This document shows, piece after piece, positions 13,360-26,289 of a DNA stretch of 64,000 nt. Origin of the DNA: Octopus sinensis (lineage: Eukaryota). Numbering within the stretch: position 1 is the stretch's first letter; the number at the start of each line of letters is the position of its first letter. The stretch spans positions 12,834,001-12,898,000 of the forward strand of contig NC_043016.1 in assembly GCF_006345805.1 (NCBI RefSeq). Reading direction: 5' to 3'. The notes beneath the pieces are model-generated. The model did no database searches. It had not been told where the DNA came from and saw only the letters and a program-made list of their open reading frames with translations. Position numbers and translations under genes: made by a program.

Positions 13360-13880
13360 GTACAGGTATGGCTGTGTAGTTAAGAAGCTTGCTTTGCAAC
13401 CACGTAGTTTCAGGTTCAATCCCACTGTGTGGCATCTTGGGCAAGTGTTGTCTACTATAGCCCTGGGTTGACACCAATGTCTTGTGAGTGAATTTAGTAG
13501 ATGGAAACTGTCTGGAAGTCTGCAACACTTTGTGCGTGTGTGTGTGTATTGAATTTTATCATTTCAGTCATTAGACTGCAGCCATGCTGGAGCACTGCCT
13601 TGAATATTAGCTGAATGAACTGATCCCAGTACATATTTTTTTAAAGCCTGGTACTTGTTCTATTATTCTTTTTGCTGAACTGGTAAGTTATGGGAACATA
13701 AACACACCAACACTGGTTGTCAAGAGATGGTGGTGTGGGGACATACACACACACACACACGCGCGCGCGCGCGTGCCCTTATCTTCTTTCAGTGCTTCTT
13801 TTGGTTTCTGTCTACCAAATCAGTAGATGGAAACTTTGGTTGGATTGATGCTTTAGTAGAAAACATTTGCCCAAGGGTTA
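13360..13880. mobile_element. Two SINE family A fragments (plus head ~13360-13548; minus copy ~13552-13880)
   Basis: Match to family A head and tail motifs in opposite orientations. Confidence 0.7.
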
Positions 13881-14412
13881 TGCCTAGGGTTAAACTCAAC
13901 TCCCCTTGTCAGCTTATGAGATTTCCATTGAAATCATACACTGATTTCATAAATGGTAAACGAATAAAATTATAAACAATATGGGTGGCTAATTCGCAAT
14001 TTTACAACCTAAAGGCAGGAATATATACATTCCTAAAGTAAAAAAGGGCACTACTCAGCACCTGTATTGCTAGAAATAAGAGTCAAAACAACTGAACAAC
14101 CACAGAAACACTATCTTAATGACTGACAAGAGAGGAAGCTCCCTACAGTCGCAGATGTAGCCAGATCATTGATGATTTCGCATTTTGATGCTTAACACAT
14201 CTTAATGCTCATCAGTGGCTCTCACCATGCCTAGGGTTAAACCCAGCTTGCCTTATCGGCTTATATGATTTCTGTTGAAATCATACACTGGATTTCATAA
14301 ACAGTAAAAGTGAAAATTATACATAATATGGGCGACTAATTCACAGTTTTACAACCTAGTGATGTACATATTTCTGACTTTAGGTTATAAAATTGCAAAT
14401 TAGCCAGCTATA
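13880..14412 (-). mobile_element. Retrozyme/Penelope-pLTR-like element: about 1.4 copies of a 347-bp unit carrying the HHR, with a terminal foldback
   Basis: Imperfect direct repeats 13880-14011 and 14227-14358 flank the HHR; 14381-14412 is an inverted copy of ~14327-14358. Confidence 0.6.
14159..14220 (-). ncRNA. Type I hammerhead ribozyme, complete canonical core
   Basis: Minus strand AGCCA-CTGATGA-GCATT aa GATG tgttaag CATC aa AATGC-GAAA-TCA tcaa TGA-TC^TGGCT. Three stems pair and every conserved core base is present; predicted cleavage after AUC (14164/14163). Confidence 0.88.
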
Positions 14413-15625
14413 ATATATATATATATATATATGAATTATGTAATAGAACAGCTCTAGGGTAATATTGTTATCTTTATAACATACTTAATGTGTTGTTGAA
14501 AATCAGAAACTGCAGTTTTTCAACTAAGAAAAATCCCATTACAGATGTTTCCCTACCCATGTATGCATGGAAAATGGATGGCAAACGATGATGATACATA
14601 ATGTGTTAAAAAGAGTCGGGTGAAATGAAATCATTGCAGAAGAGACTGAGAGAACAACAGATACATGTTTAACCATTTTTGAGGCTTGTCTATGTCATAT
14701 ACTCTCTGTCACTTCCAAAACAAGATTGAATCAGCCAGTTTGAAGTATACAGAGATAGTGCATAAATTATATACGGGCTTGCTTTGATGCCAGAAAAGCA
14801 GAATAACATTTGAATTATACAATAGCAGCAGCTATATTTGTGTATGTGGGTGGGTGTGCATGTCTGCTCCCACTTGTCTCCCCACTACTTGACAATTGGT
14901 GTTGGTTTGCTTAAGTACCTGTTACTTAGCAGCTTGACAAAAGAGACTGATGGAATAAGTATTAGATTTAACAAAGAAGTTCTATGGTTGATTTATTCAA
15001 CTAAACCCTTCAATATGGTGCTCCAGTATGACCACAGTCCAGTGACTGAAACAAGTACAAGATGAGATGCCATCAGTTGTTATTCAACCCCAGATCAGCT
15101 CTGAGCGAGCACACCTATGATATATAGCATTACTTTTACTATAGGAATAGTGTACCTTGGATTACATTATTGAATATGTTGTCTTTTAGGAAGGTAGTGT
15201 GTGGCTGGAGGAAGATTTGTGTGCTATTTGTAGTAGGTCAAGTGACCATATGAAGGCTCCCCTCATTGGTTTGTGAAATCATCTGTAAATCCAGAGAGTG
15301 GCAAATATTTGTTTATGAATACAAGAGTTCACTGGAACATAATTGATTCAATTAGCCCCAAGTTTGCTCAGATGGCATCATTGTTTGAAAGTATTTGCTT
15401 TTTGAGTCCCATTGGGAATTTGCTCATCTTTGCCATCATCAATTTAACATCCACTTTTCTATGACTTCATGGTTTGGATGGAGTTCATTGACCAGACTTC
15501 TCCTCTATGGTTGCATGCCCTTCCTGTTGCCAACACTCACCTGTTTCGAGGCAAGTTAATATTTCCCCACGACCAAACAGGTATGTCTTCATAGAATATT
15601 GTAAATGAATGATATTCATTTACAA

Positions 15626-15943
15626 CAGGGGTTCTCAAACCATTTTTTTTATCTATGGACCCCCTTTGATTGCTATTTTATTCTGGTGGACCCCTGTAGC
15701 CATTTGATGCTTAAAAACTAGTTTCATAGAATGTTATTTATTAATGTTTTCACACATTAATTTGTGTGGGTTGAACTGTGTAAAATGTCAGAGAAAGAAA
15801 TCTCTTTCTTGCAATACATACCAATACATATGTCTAAAGCAAATTTTTTTTCAGCGGCCCTTAAAATATTGTGGGTTCCTGATTTACTATTTTGTTGTAT
15901 GGACCCCAAAAATCTGATGTAGGACCCTGGTTGAGAACCCCTG
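15626..15943. mobile_element. hAT-type MITE
   Basis: TIRs CAGGGGTTCTCAA/TTGAGAACCCCTG; perfect 8-bp TSD ATTTACAA. Confidence 0.9.
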
Positions 15944-16877
15944 ATTTACAACATCACATGATGTCATGACAAGTAGACTCAATACACACACACACACTAT
16001 GCTACAAGCATTTGCTGGTAGGCTTCTATTTGAAGTGGCGGAAAGAGCTTTCTCAAAGTGCCGGGTATTCAAATTTGAAAGTCATGGAAAGCTAACTCAC
16101 TTCCAATCCCATCTCCTAGGAGTATGTATATATATACATACATGATAGGCTTCTTTCAGTTTCTCTCTAATCCACTAACAAGGCTTTAGTTGGTCTGAGA
16201 CAATCATAGAAGACACTTGTCCAAGGTGCCATGCAGTGGGACTGAACCAGAAACCATGTACTTGCAAGACAAACATCTTAACCACACGGCCATACCTGCA
16301 TCTTCAGAAAACGAAATGCAAAGCATATTGAATTTCTTGACATGCTTGGATTACAATATCATAATTGTGTCCAAAATCCTTAGTCAATCAATGTTCAGTC
16401 ACCCAACATAATTCTTGGAACATACCGCTATCTACTTAAGCGTTGGAATCTGTGTATTATATCGTTTCAGAATGTTTATCAATAAATATTCTATAGATAG
16501 TGAAATATAATCATAGTTTGTTTGTTAATATTGATTAAAAGGAAGAAGAAATCAGATGTGCTCTAGGGCATCAGATTTGATTGTTACTCATTACTGAAGC
16601 AGAAATTAAGTTTACATTGGATAAAACGCAACTCGTTCTTTTATCACTTTATCTGTGTGTGTGTGTGTGTGTCTGTCTGTCTGTGTGTGTGTGTCTGTCT
16701 GTCTGTGTGTGTGTGTCTGTCTGTGTGTGTCTGTGTGTGTGTGTGTGTGTGTGTTTTATTTATAATGGCAATATTTATTGATTTTATATGAGAAGCACAA
16801 GAATTAGAATATTACAAAAAATTTGTTTCTTCATTTCTGATTTAGCTCAGTTATAAAATTGTGTGTGTGTGTGTGTA

Positions 16878-16923
<46 letters not shown>

Positions 16924-17302
16924 ATTATTTGGGAAGTTGAAATTTGAAGTAAAGCAATATCAAGTAGGTTTAGACAGTTCCTGTGTAAAGAAGGAATAAT
17001 ATTTTGGTAAAGATGTCATATTTTCAAAACAAGAGTATTCTGAACCCATTCTTGATATATTTATCTAAGCAGCATTCACTGGGAAATGTATTTATTATTC
17101 AGTCAACTTGAAGGAACTATATACACTCCCTTCACTCTCTTTTGAATCACAGCTATGCTGGAATGTGATCCCAACTTTCTTTCAGTTGGTGATTGTGAAA
17201 CTTATATGTATGTCATAAATCTTTTGAAGCTTGAAACTGGGAGGTTACAGGAACTCTTAAATTGTTTGATATTGCTAAAAAGGAAAAAATAAAAGAAGTC
17301 TT

Positions 17303-17700
17303 TTAACCCTTTAATATTCGGATTATTTTGTCAAAAATATAAATGCTTATTTATTCACATTGTTTTCAGTTAATTATGCATTATCTCATAGCTTACGTAT
17401 TCTGATGTGATTGATTACTTTTAGAATGACATTGTAGGGTAAGTGTGATAAGCTGGATCTGGCTGCTTTCAACATAAAACAGGCAGAATATTTGGACCTG
17501 ATATGGTCAGTTTAACACTCTATCAAATGTAATGCATGATTAATTGAAAACAATGTGAATAAGCATCATCTTGTAGCTCTGAGATTTAGATGATGTGGTT
17601 GTTTATTTTTAGAATGACATTGTAGGGTAGGTGTGTGGTCAGATCTGGCTGGTTTGACCATTAAACAATATTTTGGCTGGTTTAAATGCTAAAGTGTTAA
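17303..17700. mobile_element. Second piggyBac-type MITE family (ends TTAACCCTTTAGCA/TGCTAAAGGGTTAA), rearranged double copy
   Basis: Internal ttagaatgacattgtagggt block occurs twice; relatives at ~26070-26250, 28905-29051 and 30128-30350. Confidence 0.7.
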
Positions 17701-18117
17701 ATTAATTAAATCACATCAAAAATGAGTTAAATCAATGACAGAAAAGAAAAACAAAAGCTGGGCTATCAACATATATTCATCAGTTAAATTACATCCAGCA
17801 GCAATTATTTTATCTTAATCACCAAGTATCTTTTGCTCTTGCCACGGATTGCTTTAACCCTTTTGTTACCAACCTGGCTGAAACTGACTCTGGCTCTGAG
17901 TACAAATGTCTTGTTTTCATAAGTTTTGAATTGAAATCTGCCACCAAACCTTAGTCACAATTCTGCAAAGCATCCCATCTGGCACTGTAAATGCTTCTGC
18001 TTGGAATTCACTATCTTTTTTCCTACTAAGTATTGCAGAGTTTATCTATAGATTTTAGGCATCTCTGTAATTGAAAGATGTTTGTATCTTGTCTTTATAT
18101 ACAATATCTTTGTGAAT

Positions 18118-18285
18118 AGCGAGCTGGCAGAATTGTTAGCACACCAGGTGGAATGCTTAGTGTTTTGTCTATCCTTATGCTCTGAGTTCAAATTCTGCTG
18201 AGATCGACTTTGCTTTTCCTCCTTTTAGAGTTGATAAAATAAGTACCAGTGAAACACTGGGGGTCGATGTAATCAATTTTAATAC
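18118..18285 (+). mobile_element. SINE family B (tRNA head + gcctttcatcctttcggggtcgat domain)
   Basis: gagctggcagaattgttagc...gagttcaaattc...aagtaccag. Other copies at ~12315, 19280(-), 27770(-), 27990(-), 29900(-), 32580, 34150(-), 34915(-), 36905, 38262(-), 63070. Confidence 0.75.
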
Positions 18286-20087
18286 TCCAAGGTATGAGTG
18301 AAAAAGGAAAAACTGCAGCCCTCTGCCAAGCCGTGTTCAACCAGCAAGGCAAAGTAGGATCATGGAAGTAGCATGATCTCTTGGTGGAGAGAACATGGTG
18401 AGGCCTTTGTCCTGCAGTGGACTGAATATAAGCAATCCAATCTTTGTGAACAATAAAAGAGGAAGTAACCTAACCAGTTTCATTGTGTGTTAGGATTTCA
18501 TCTACAACCATTTATTCTGTACACTGAGACACGTCTTATGAACCCAATATTTGCATGGGACTAAGTAGATCAGATAGACTGATCTGCACTTGTAACTTTT
18601 GATTGGAACAAAGATATTCATGAAGATATTGTATATAAATACACAACCTTATGGTCTCAAGTTCAGTCCCACTGCACAGCACTATGGTAAAGTGTCTTCT
18701 ATTATAATCCCTGGTCAACTAAAGCCTTGTGAATGGATTTGGAGGTGGAAACTGAAAGCAATTTGTCAAACATAATATATGCATTTATGTTTGTGCTTCC
18801 TCATCTTGATATAGAATGATACTTGTAAACAAGCGTCACCACCATACGAGTAGTACCACTTATGTCCATTCTTTCATAAAAACCTGTCTGGTCATGGGAA
18901 ATATTAGCTTGCTTGGAAACAAGTGAGAAACAACAAGAAGGGCATTTAGCCATTTAGCCAGAAATCTGCTTCAACAAATTCTGATTCATGGAGAAGTGGA
19001 CATTAAAATGACAATGTTACTACCACTGCTGCTGCTACTACTACTATTACCACATCAAAAGAATGTAAAAATGAGCAAATGGTTCAAAACTATTTGCATT
19101 GGTTCTGTTGCTAAACCTCAAATATGACAATCATTTGTTATGTTTTTACGTTTTTTTTCAATCTGTGATTTGGTTTTAATTCCCTGCTGAAGCTTTTACA
19201 CTTCATTTCACACGAGCAGTGCTGCTGCTAACAAAAATAAACAATAAAAAAGTCCTTTCTTATTGCTTGAATAACCCTTTCTACTAAAGGCATAAGGCCT
19301 GAAATTTTGTGGGAGGGCACTAGTTGATTACATCAACCCCAGTGGCACACTGGTACTTAATTTATTGACCCTGAAATGACGAAAGGCAAAGTTGACCTTG
19401 GTGGTATTTGAACTCAGAACATGAAGATGAACAAAACGCTGCTAATCATTTTACTTGGTGTGCTACTGATTCTGCCAGCTTGCTGCCTTTTAAATGCTTA
19501 AATAATGATTCTCGTTATACAAATAGCTGCAATGACATTCCTCTAAAGGGTCTTCTTGATAGGGTACATAAGCATGGAGATAAGGGTATCACTCCATGTC
19601 GACTTGCTACTTTTCTGCATTGAGAGGTGACAATTCCATTATTATGGATATGTGATTTTCTTCCTGTGCTTTTCTAAGCACAAGATGGATTCTTTAAGCT
19701 GAGCAATTGGCAGGAGACCCAGTGGGTGGATCAAGAATGAGACAGTTGCATAATATCCATAGTCTTGATCACACTTGGGAATCCAGCTTCTGATGGGACT
19801 TTATGGATCAGGTTCCCTATGACCCTGCCAGCAATAGTGAACAGATAAAATGGATAAATAGATGGATTTACATTATCCTAATCTAATTTATTCAAATGGC
19901 AATTTATTTAAATAATCTTAACCTATCTGAGAAATAAATTCTGTACCTTTTTCGTAATATTTTTCCCTCAGTTCCTTTACAATCAGTTATCTAGCTGATC
20001 TATTATAGGCTTTCCAGTTGTGAGCATCCTGTTTTTTTAAAAAATTCTGGTATGTCTTTAGCACTACATTTTCAATTTTTTATTAAG

Positions 20088-20146
<59 letters not shown>
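20088..20146. repeat. (ATT)n microsatellite
   Basis: Direct inspection. Other tracts: (TG/TCTG) 16652-16752, (GA) 22016-22075, (AAT) ~34430-34496, (TACA/TA) 40783-40884, (TA) 52668-52735, (TG) 53360-53397 and 57608-57655. Confidence 0.95.
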
Positions 20147-21270
20147 CTTAAGACATTAGGGTTTGGTTTGGAATTTGGTTGCTAATTCTTGCAAGTTGAG
20201 CAATTGTGTAGACTTCCACATTAGCTCATCGTACCATTATATTCTTCATGGTGCCAAGGGGAGAAAATATGGTTAAAATACTGAAGTCAAGATTTCACAT
20301 ATGTTCTTCATTAATGAATAAAATGCTGCTAATATTCTGCCTGACATTTTTGTCGTCAGAAATCAACTGTTAAGTTTGATGCAACCAAACAACTCTTCAC
20401 AGTCCTTTCCCCCCACAGGACTTCTTACATCACTTTCCTTGGTGACGTGAAATGAATGAAAATAAAATTAAACAATGACAGAAACATTCCATACCCTCAG
20501 CTATACAATCCCATCACCTTTTTTGATGGGATGGGCGCGAGAGCATGATGGGTAAATGAGGTCATTGAATTTGATTTTTGTCACAGGAGGAGGAGGAGGA
20601 GGAGGAGGAAACGTGGTTTGGTGGTCATATTGTGTTCTGGTGAGATGCAGTATTAGGGAAGTGCACACTGATTAGTCTATCTGCCTGTGCATTTGTTGGA
20701 GGTGGGATCTCAAGAAAAAGAGAAAAAGGAGTGTTGGGAAGTGAGAGAGAGAGAGGAATTTTTGTTGGGAAGTAAATGATTACATCAGTCGTTCAGTCGT
20801 TACTAAAATGAAAGACTGAAGGATATAATATGGTGACAGTCAAACATTTATATTTTGTTGAGTGAGCTTTAAGTAAATACCCTTGTGTATGGTCTGCAAG
20901 ATCTAATTGTTCACAGCTAAAATATTTCCTTGGTACCAACCTGCCCTGAGTTCTGTGATGTAAATTTAATGTTTTAAACTTATCTAAATTTAAACCTTCC
21001 CTCAAAACTTTCATGCTAATTTGTTACAAACACCAGATTATTGACAAAATGACTTTATTAAGTTTTTCATTATTTTAAAAATGAATTGAAACAAAGGCAA
21101 GTATTCCAACAGAAGTATGGTAACAAAAGGGTTAATGAAGAACCCCAGTTTTCATAGTGATTTCCTGAAAACAAGGAGTTGTTGTTAAGTAGTTTTGACT
21201 TGGAGGTTGCTAGTAAAAAATAAAATGACTTAGTTTTTTTCTGGTTATGATTAGTTATATTTCACAATTT

Positions 21271-21587
21271 GTGGAGGTGCAATGGCCCAGTGGTTAGGGC
21301 AGCGGACTCACGGTTCTAGGATCGCGGTTCGATTCCCAGACTGGGCGTTGTGAGTGTTTATTGAGCGAAAACACCTAAGGCTCCATGAGGCTTCGGCAGG
21401 GGGTGGGTGGGGATGGCAATCCCTGCTCTACTCTTTCGCCACAACTTTCTCTTACTCTTTCCTCTGTTGGCCTGCTCACTTAGCCAGCAGGGTGGCGTCA
21501 TTTGAAGGCTAAAACAATGCAAAGTGCATTGTGACCAGTGATGTGTAGCAACATCTGATAGCCTGTTCGGTCACGGTGATCATGGTG
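21271..21587 (+). mobile_element. tRNA-derived SINE (separate family) with 14-bp TSD
   Basis: tRNA-like head tggcccagtggttagggc...ggttcgattcccag; ATATTTCACAATTT at 21257-21270 and 21588-21601. Confidence 0.88.
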
Positions 21588-22012
21588 ATATTTCACAATT
21601 TAAAAGATAGTCTGTGGAAAAATTTCAGCATTGATCAATGGAAAGGGCTAAGCTGTTATATCCCACTGACTTGGGGTTTTTGGGAAAGGGTTCCTGGTTG
21701 TAATTATCTTAAGCATCTTTAACAAAATCAGGTTCATTGGAACAAGGGGAGCTGTTTCCCTTATTGCAATTTGTCAGTGCTAATGTGATGAGTATGTTAG
21801 ACATTAAATATTTGATATCGTTAATTGATGTTTCATATTTAATATTGTTTGACATTATTACTATTTTTGTAATTTCATAATTTCTCATTACTAGAAGAAA
21901 GCAAAGGTTTTTTTTTTTCCTTTGTGAAGAAGAAAGCAGGAATTAAATGGGGAGGCGTATCCAATATTTCTGGTGGACAGCTTGCAGTGGAAAAGAGAGT
22001 AGAATGAAAAGA

Positions 22013-22082
<70 letters not shown>

Positions 22083-23129
22083 CATTAAGGATTAATTGTA
22101 CACAGAGATTAGAGATGGGAAATTCATTAAGTCTCAAACTGATCCCTCCCCACCACTACACCTTCCTTCTCTTCCATCTTTGATCCTCCAATAAGCAGCG
22201 GCTATCATGCTTTTATTTTTATTTTTTGATTTTAATTTTATTTTTGAATCATCTGGTAGTACTTTGATTATATCTTTTTAGATTTTTGAAATGTCAGTAT
22301 CATTGAGTAATATAATAATACTGATGATGATAATAATAATAATAATTTTAATAAGTAGCATTATACACAAGTAACCAGACTAGTACATTTTTGTCTTGAG
22401 TTGATGTTGGTTCATAACTAAGCAACTAAAGACAGCCTAGTAACAACAATTAATCCACTACCAATAAGAGTATCGATGCATCTGGAAGCTGCTTTGTTTT
22501 ATAGTCACTTTATTACCTTTTTGGAGTAAGCCTTTTGTCTAAATTTCTTCATTTGTTTGAATGCAGTTATTAAAACGAACAATGAATGATATCAGCCTTT
22601 GTTCTCTTTTACTGGTTACAATGTATTATTGTCTCTCATTCGGCTCATCATATATTTAATTAAGATTATGCGAAAGTACTGGTTTTGATTTTGAGATGTG
22701 GTTTATTCAGCGAGACAAATTTCTTTTTCATTACACACAAACACACTCTCTCTCTCTCATATCACACAGATTATTTTGGTGTTAGATATAATTGCCTATG
22801 GCTAAATTATTCATATAATATCATAAGAAACTAAATGTTTACTGCTGATTTAATTAGTAAATTTTTTAATAAGATATTTCTAATATTAGACAGATGAAAT
22901 TTTTAACCATTTTATTAAAATGGTAGTATTCAGGGCCTGTGTTTCACTGCTGTAAATCATTACTGGTGGTATGTACTTGTTGAAAATCTTTTAATTTTCA
23001 TGACGGCCTTGGGATTTCTCATATGTGGTTTTCCACCTTTCCAAAGGCTACCCAATCAACCATTCTTTGGCTCTTGACCTCTGGGAGGAGATTTCTGTCT
23101 TTTGTCACCATTTTTTCCCCCAAGTAAAC

Positions 23130-23470
23130 ATAGCCCTCATTGTAGCCCATTGGAAAATGGAACGAGTTGTGCTCAGTATCACATTGTAGGATAAAGAAAC
23201 CAATGCCTGGATTCGACAGTAGGAGTCAATGAAATCATGAGAGCCATAAAGGAAAACAAATATAGATGGGCTGGACATGTCATGTGATTGAAGGACAACA
23301 GCTGGACAATCAAAGTGATAGTGGACGCTAGGACAATGGACAAGATCAAGAGATTGACCAAAGACAAAATGGTGAGATGATCTCACCTGGGACCTACACT
23401 GGCCATGACTTGCTAAAGACAGACAGCAGTGGAAGGAGCTCAGAAAAGGGCACCTTTTTCAGGAGATGGA
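23130..23470 (+). mobile_element. RTE-clade LINE 3' fossil
   Basis: KMERVVLSITL*DKETNAWIRQ...IKENKYRWAGHVM*LKDNSWTIKV: RTE post-RT C-terminal motifs with stops and frameshifts. Confidence 0.78.
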
Positions 23471-24464
23471 AATCGAAATTAAATTGATTCTAAATGTTAG
23501 TTTTCTCTTTGGTGTCTGATAATTTTCCTAAACAACTTTTGAATATTGGGATTATCAATTATTTTTCTTTTGAATCTATTAGAACGAATGCCCTTCATAA
23601 TATGTCTCAATGAAGCTTTTCATAAATTATTTCAGAAAACCAGTACTTCTAGTTAAATGTTTTTAAAAAAAGAGGAAAAAAAAAACAATAGAAAATTGAT
23701 ATTTTGTTTTGGGTTTTGGGTTAAATAATGCTTGGAGGACTTTGTGAAAATTATTTTGTGAGAATGTTTGAAATTCTAACAAATATAACTGATCTTTCCT
23801 TGTTTTGGTAGCTCTTGCCACACAACTCCATTAATACAATGGAGTTTTTATTCTATTTTATTATTTAAAAATTATTTTTTTATATTACTAATGTCCTAAT
23901 ATAAACATTGTATTGTCATTGGGTAAGAAATTTAAATTATTCTGCAGCCTAGTTTGTGACAATTGTATTCGTTGTTCTTGTTGCTTAACCCAAGGTCAGC
24001 TCTGATTGAGTAGGCTTATGCTAAAAGGCATTCCAGTCATGACATCCTATCGTATTTTTGTATTACATTATCCTATATGACCTTTCTGCTTTAAGGTGAT
24101 AAAATGGAATCTCTGTTACTATATTTAGACACAGGCGTGGCTTTGTGGGTAAGAAGTTTATTTCTCAACTACAACATCTTGGGCAAATGGCTTCTACTAT
24201 AAGCCTGGGTCAGTCAAAGGCTTGTGAGTAGATTTGGTCAGCAGAAACTGAAAGAAACCTGTCTGTCATATACATATGTATGTGTGTGTGAGTTTTCTTG
24301 TCTTGATATCACATGATGGTTGTAAATGAGTATCCTTGTCATAGAAGCAGGATAGTTTGTTTCCAGTCTTCTGTGAAAACTTATTTGGCTAAAGAGAAAC
24401 ATTACTTTGGAAGCAAGTGAGGATTGATGACAAGAAAGGCATCTGGCTGTGGAAAGTCTATTTC

Positions 24465-24692
24465 TTTACTACCCACAAGGGGCTAAACACAGAGAGGACA
24501 AACAAGGACAGACAAAGGTATTAAGTCGATTATATCGACCCCAGTGCGTAACTGGTACTTATTTAATCGACCCCGAAAGGATGAAAGGCAAAGTCGACCT
24601 CGGTGGAATTTGAACTCAGAACGTAACAGCAGACGAAATACGGCTACGCATTTCGCCCTGCGTGCTAACGTTTCTGCCAGCTCGCCCTGCCA
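24465..24692 (-). mobile_element. SINE family B, young, inserted in an older SINE (~24128-24745)
   Basis: Full head-to-tail match; CpGs retained. Confidence 0.85.
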
Positions 24693-25373
24693 TAACAAAC
24701 TGTTTGACTTGTGCAAACATGGAAAAGTGGTTGTTAAATGATGATAATGATGATAAAATGATTCTAGCATGTGAAGTAGCCAATTAAACTCCTTTGATGG
24801 CAGTTGAATATATTAGATTTTGCTTTTCTTTTTTTAATTTTTTTACACTAAATAACTTCAGCAAAGCTTAAAATGGCATTTTGACACCCTGGTAACCTAG
24901 AAGCACCATGGAAATAAACAGTTTGTATAAACCAGACTGATATAAACTATATTGACTCTGATTAGATTAAAATATATATTACAATCAAGGTAGTATTTTA
25001 TGGTTCTTTCATGTTTCCATTTACTCTTTGCCTACTGTTGGTTTTTAAAGAATATACACATGCCTGGATTAGTTTCACAGCATATTTTTAAATATTCTCA
25101 TTGTCTATTTTGGTTAATTATTTGAACACTAAAATTAAGTCACTTCAGTAATTAATGAGTGATTATTTGTTAAATATCCCCCATCAATTTTTTGCTTTCA
25201 AATATATATTTCTTATCATACTGAAAAGGACAATCTTCTTTCTATTTTATAGAATTTTGACACCAGGAAATACATAGTTTTTGCTTTTGGCTGCAAACAA
25301 TTACTAGACTGGCATTTTAATGCCTTTATTTGATGTATTTATTATCATTTTATTTTTTTTTACTTCTCAACAG

Positions 25374-25418
25374 ATATCCTTACCATTATTTGAAAATATG
25401 GATAGCTGGGTCAGTAGA
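25374..25418 (+). CDS. Candidate short in-frame exon (ISLPLFENMDSW[VSR]) upstream of the FHA exon
   Basis: Strong acceptor tttttttttacttctcaacag|. ATG at 25398 in aatATGG context. Two possible phase-0 donors: TGG|gtcagt (after 25409) and AGA|gtaatg (after 25418). Confidence 0.3.
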
Positions 25419-26289
25419 GTAATGGATGACCCAGCATGTCTAGCTGTAGGAGATAATTCAGGACATAAACATATTCTATAAAAGAGAAGCTGCATAATGA
25501 ATTGCTGTTTTGTTAGGATGCAGCACTGAGTTCAACTCTTGTGAGTTTAATTTTTGTGGCTTGTGGGCTTTTCCAGGTTGTCTCTATCAGAATACACTGC
25601 ATGGAAATAGCTTCAACCTCTTTTGTTACTCTGCTTCTGTTTTAATCAATTTTGAGAGTAATGAGGGATTTAGTAAAATAACTGTCGTATTTAAGCTGGT
25701 GTTTGGAATATAAACTTACATGAAATTTTGATGAAAGGTTTCAATTTAGATCACTTAAAATAGGAAATTTGTATCACAGGACCAAGGGTGGTCTTAGGCA
25801 AGTTAATGTCAAAAGGGTTGCTTAAAGGAATTATATAACTTACTAGATTACTTGCATAATAAAACCATTATAGAATAAAAGACAAAATATTTCACCAGGT
25901 CTTTGTTCTTAACTATAGTTTTGCATTACTGGTGTCTTGAATTCCATCATTATCATTTGAACCTGTTCCTGCTCAAGATGTTTCAATTTCATTGACTTAG
26001 GACCAGCTAGCTTTAATTTGTTGAATCATGTTGATTTGGCACAATCTACATTAACCCATTAGCATTTAAACCAGCCATACCTGACCCAAATATTATACCT
26101 AGTTTATGTTCAAACTGGTCAGATCCAGCCTCTCACATCTACCCTTCAATGTCATTCTGAAAACAATCACATCATTGAAATCTCAAAGCTACATGATAAT
26201 GCATGATTAATGGAAAATTATGTGAATAGATAAGCATTATATTGACAGTAATACTGTTTTAGAATAACATTGTTCTCGTAGCCAGTGAA

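Noticed and set aside
20587-20639. Possible (GAG)n poly-Glu exon with cag| and |gtgaga
   Set aside because: 53 nt, frame-shifting, and mostly a trinucleotide repeat; no support.
21274-21350. tRNA-like sequence
   Set aside because: Continues into a SINE body and is bounded by a 14-bp TSD; it is a SINE head, not a tRNA gene.
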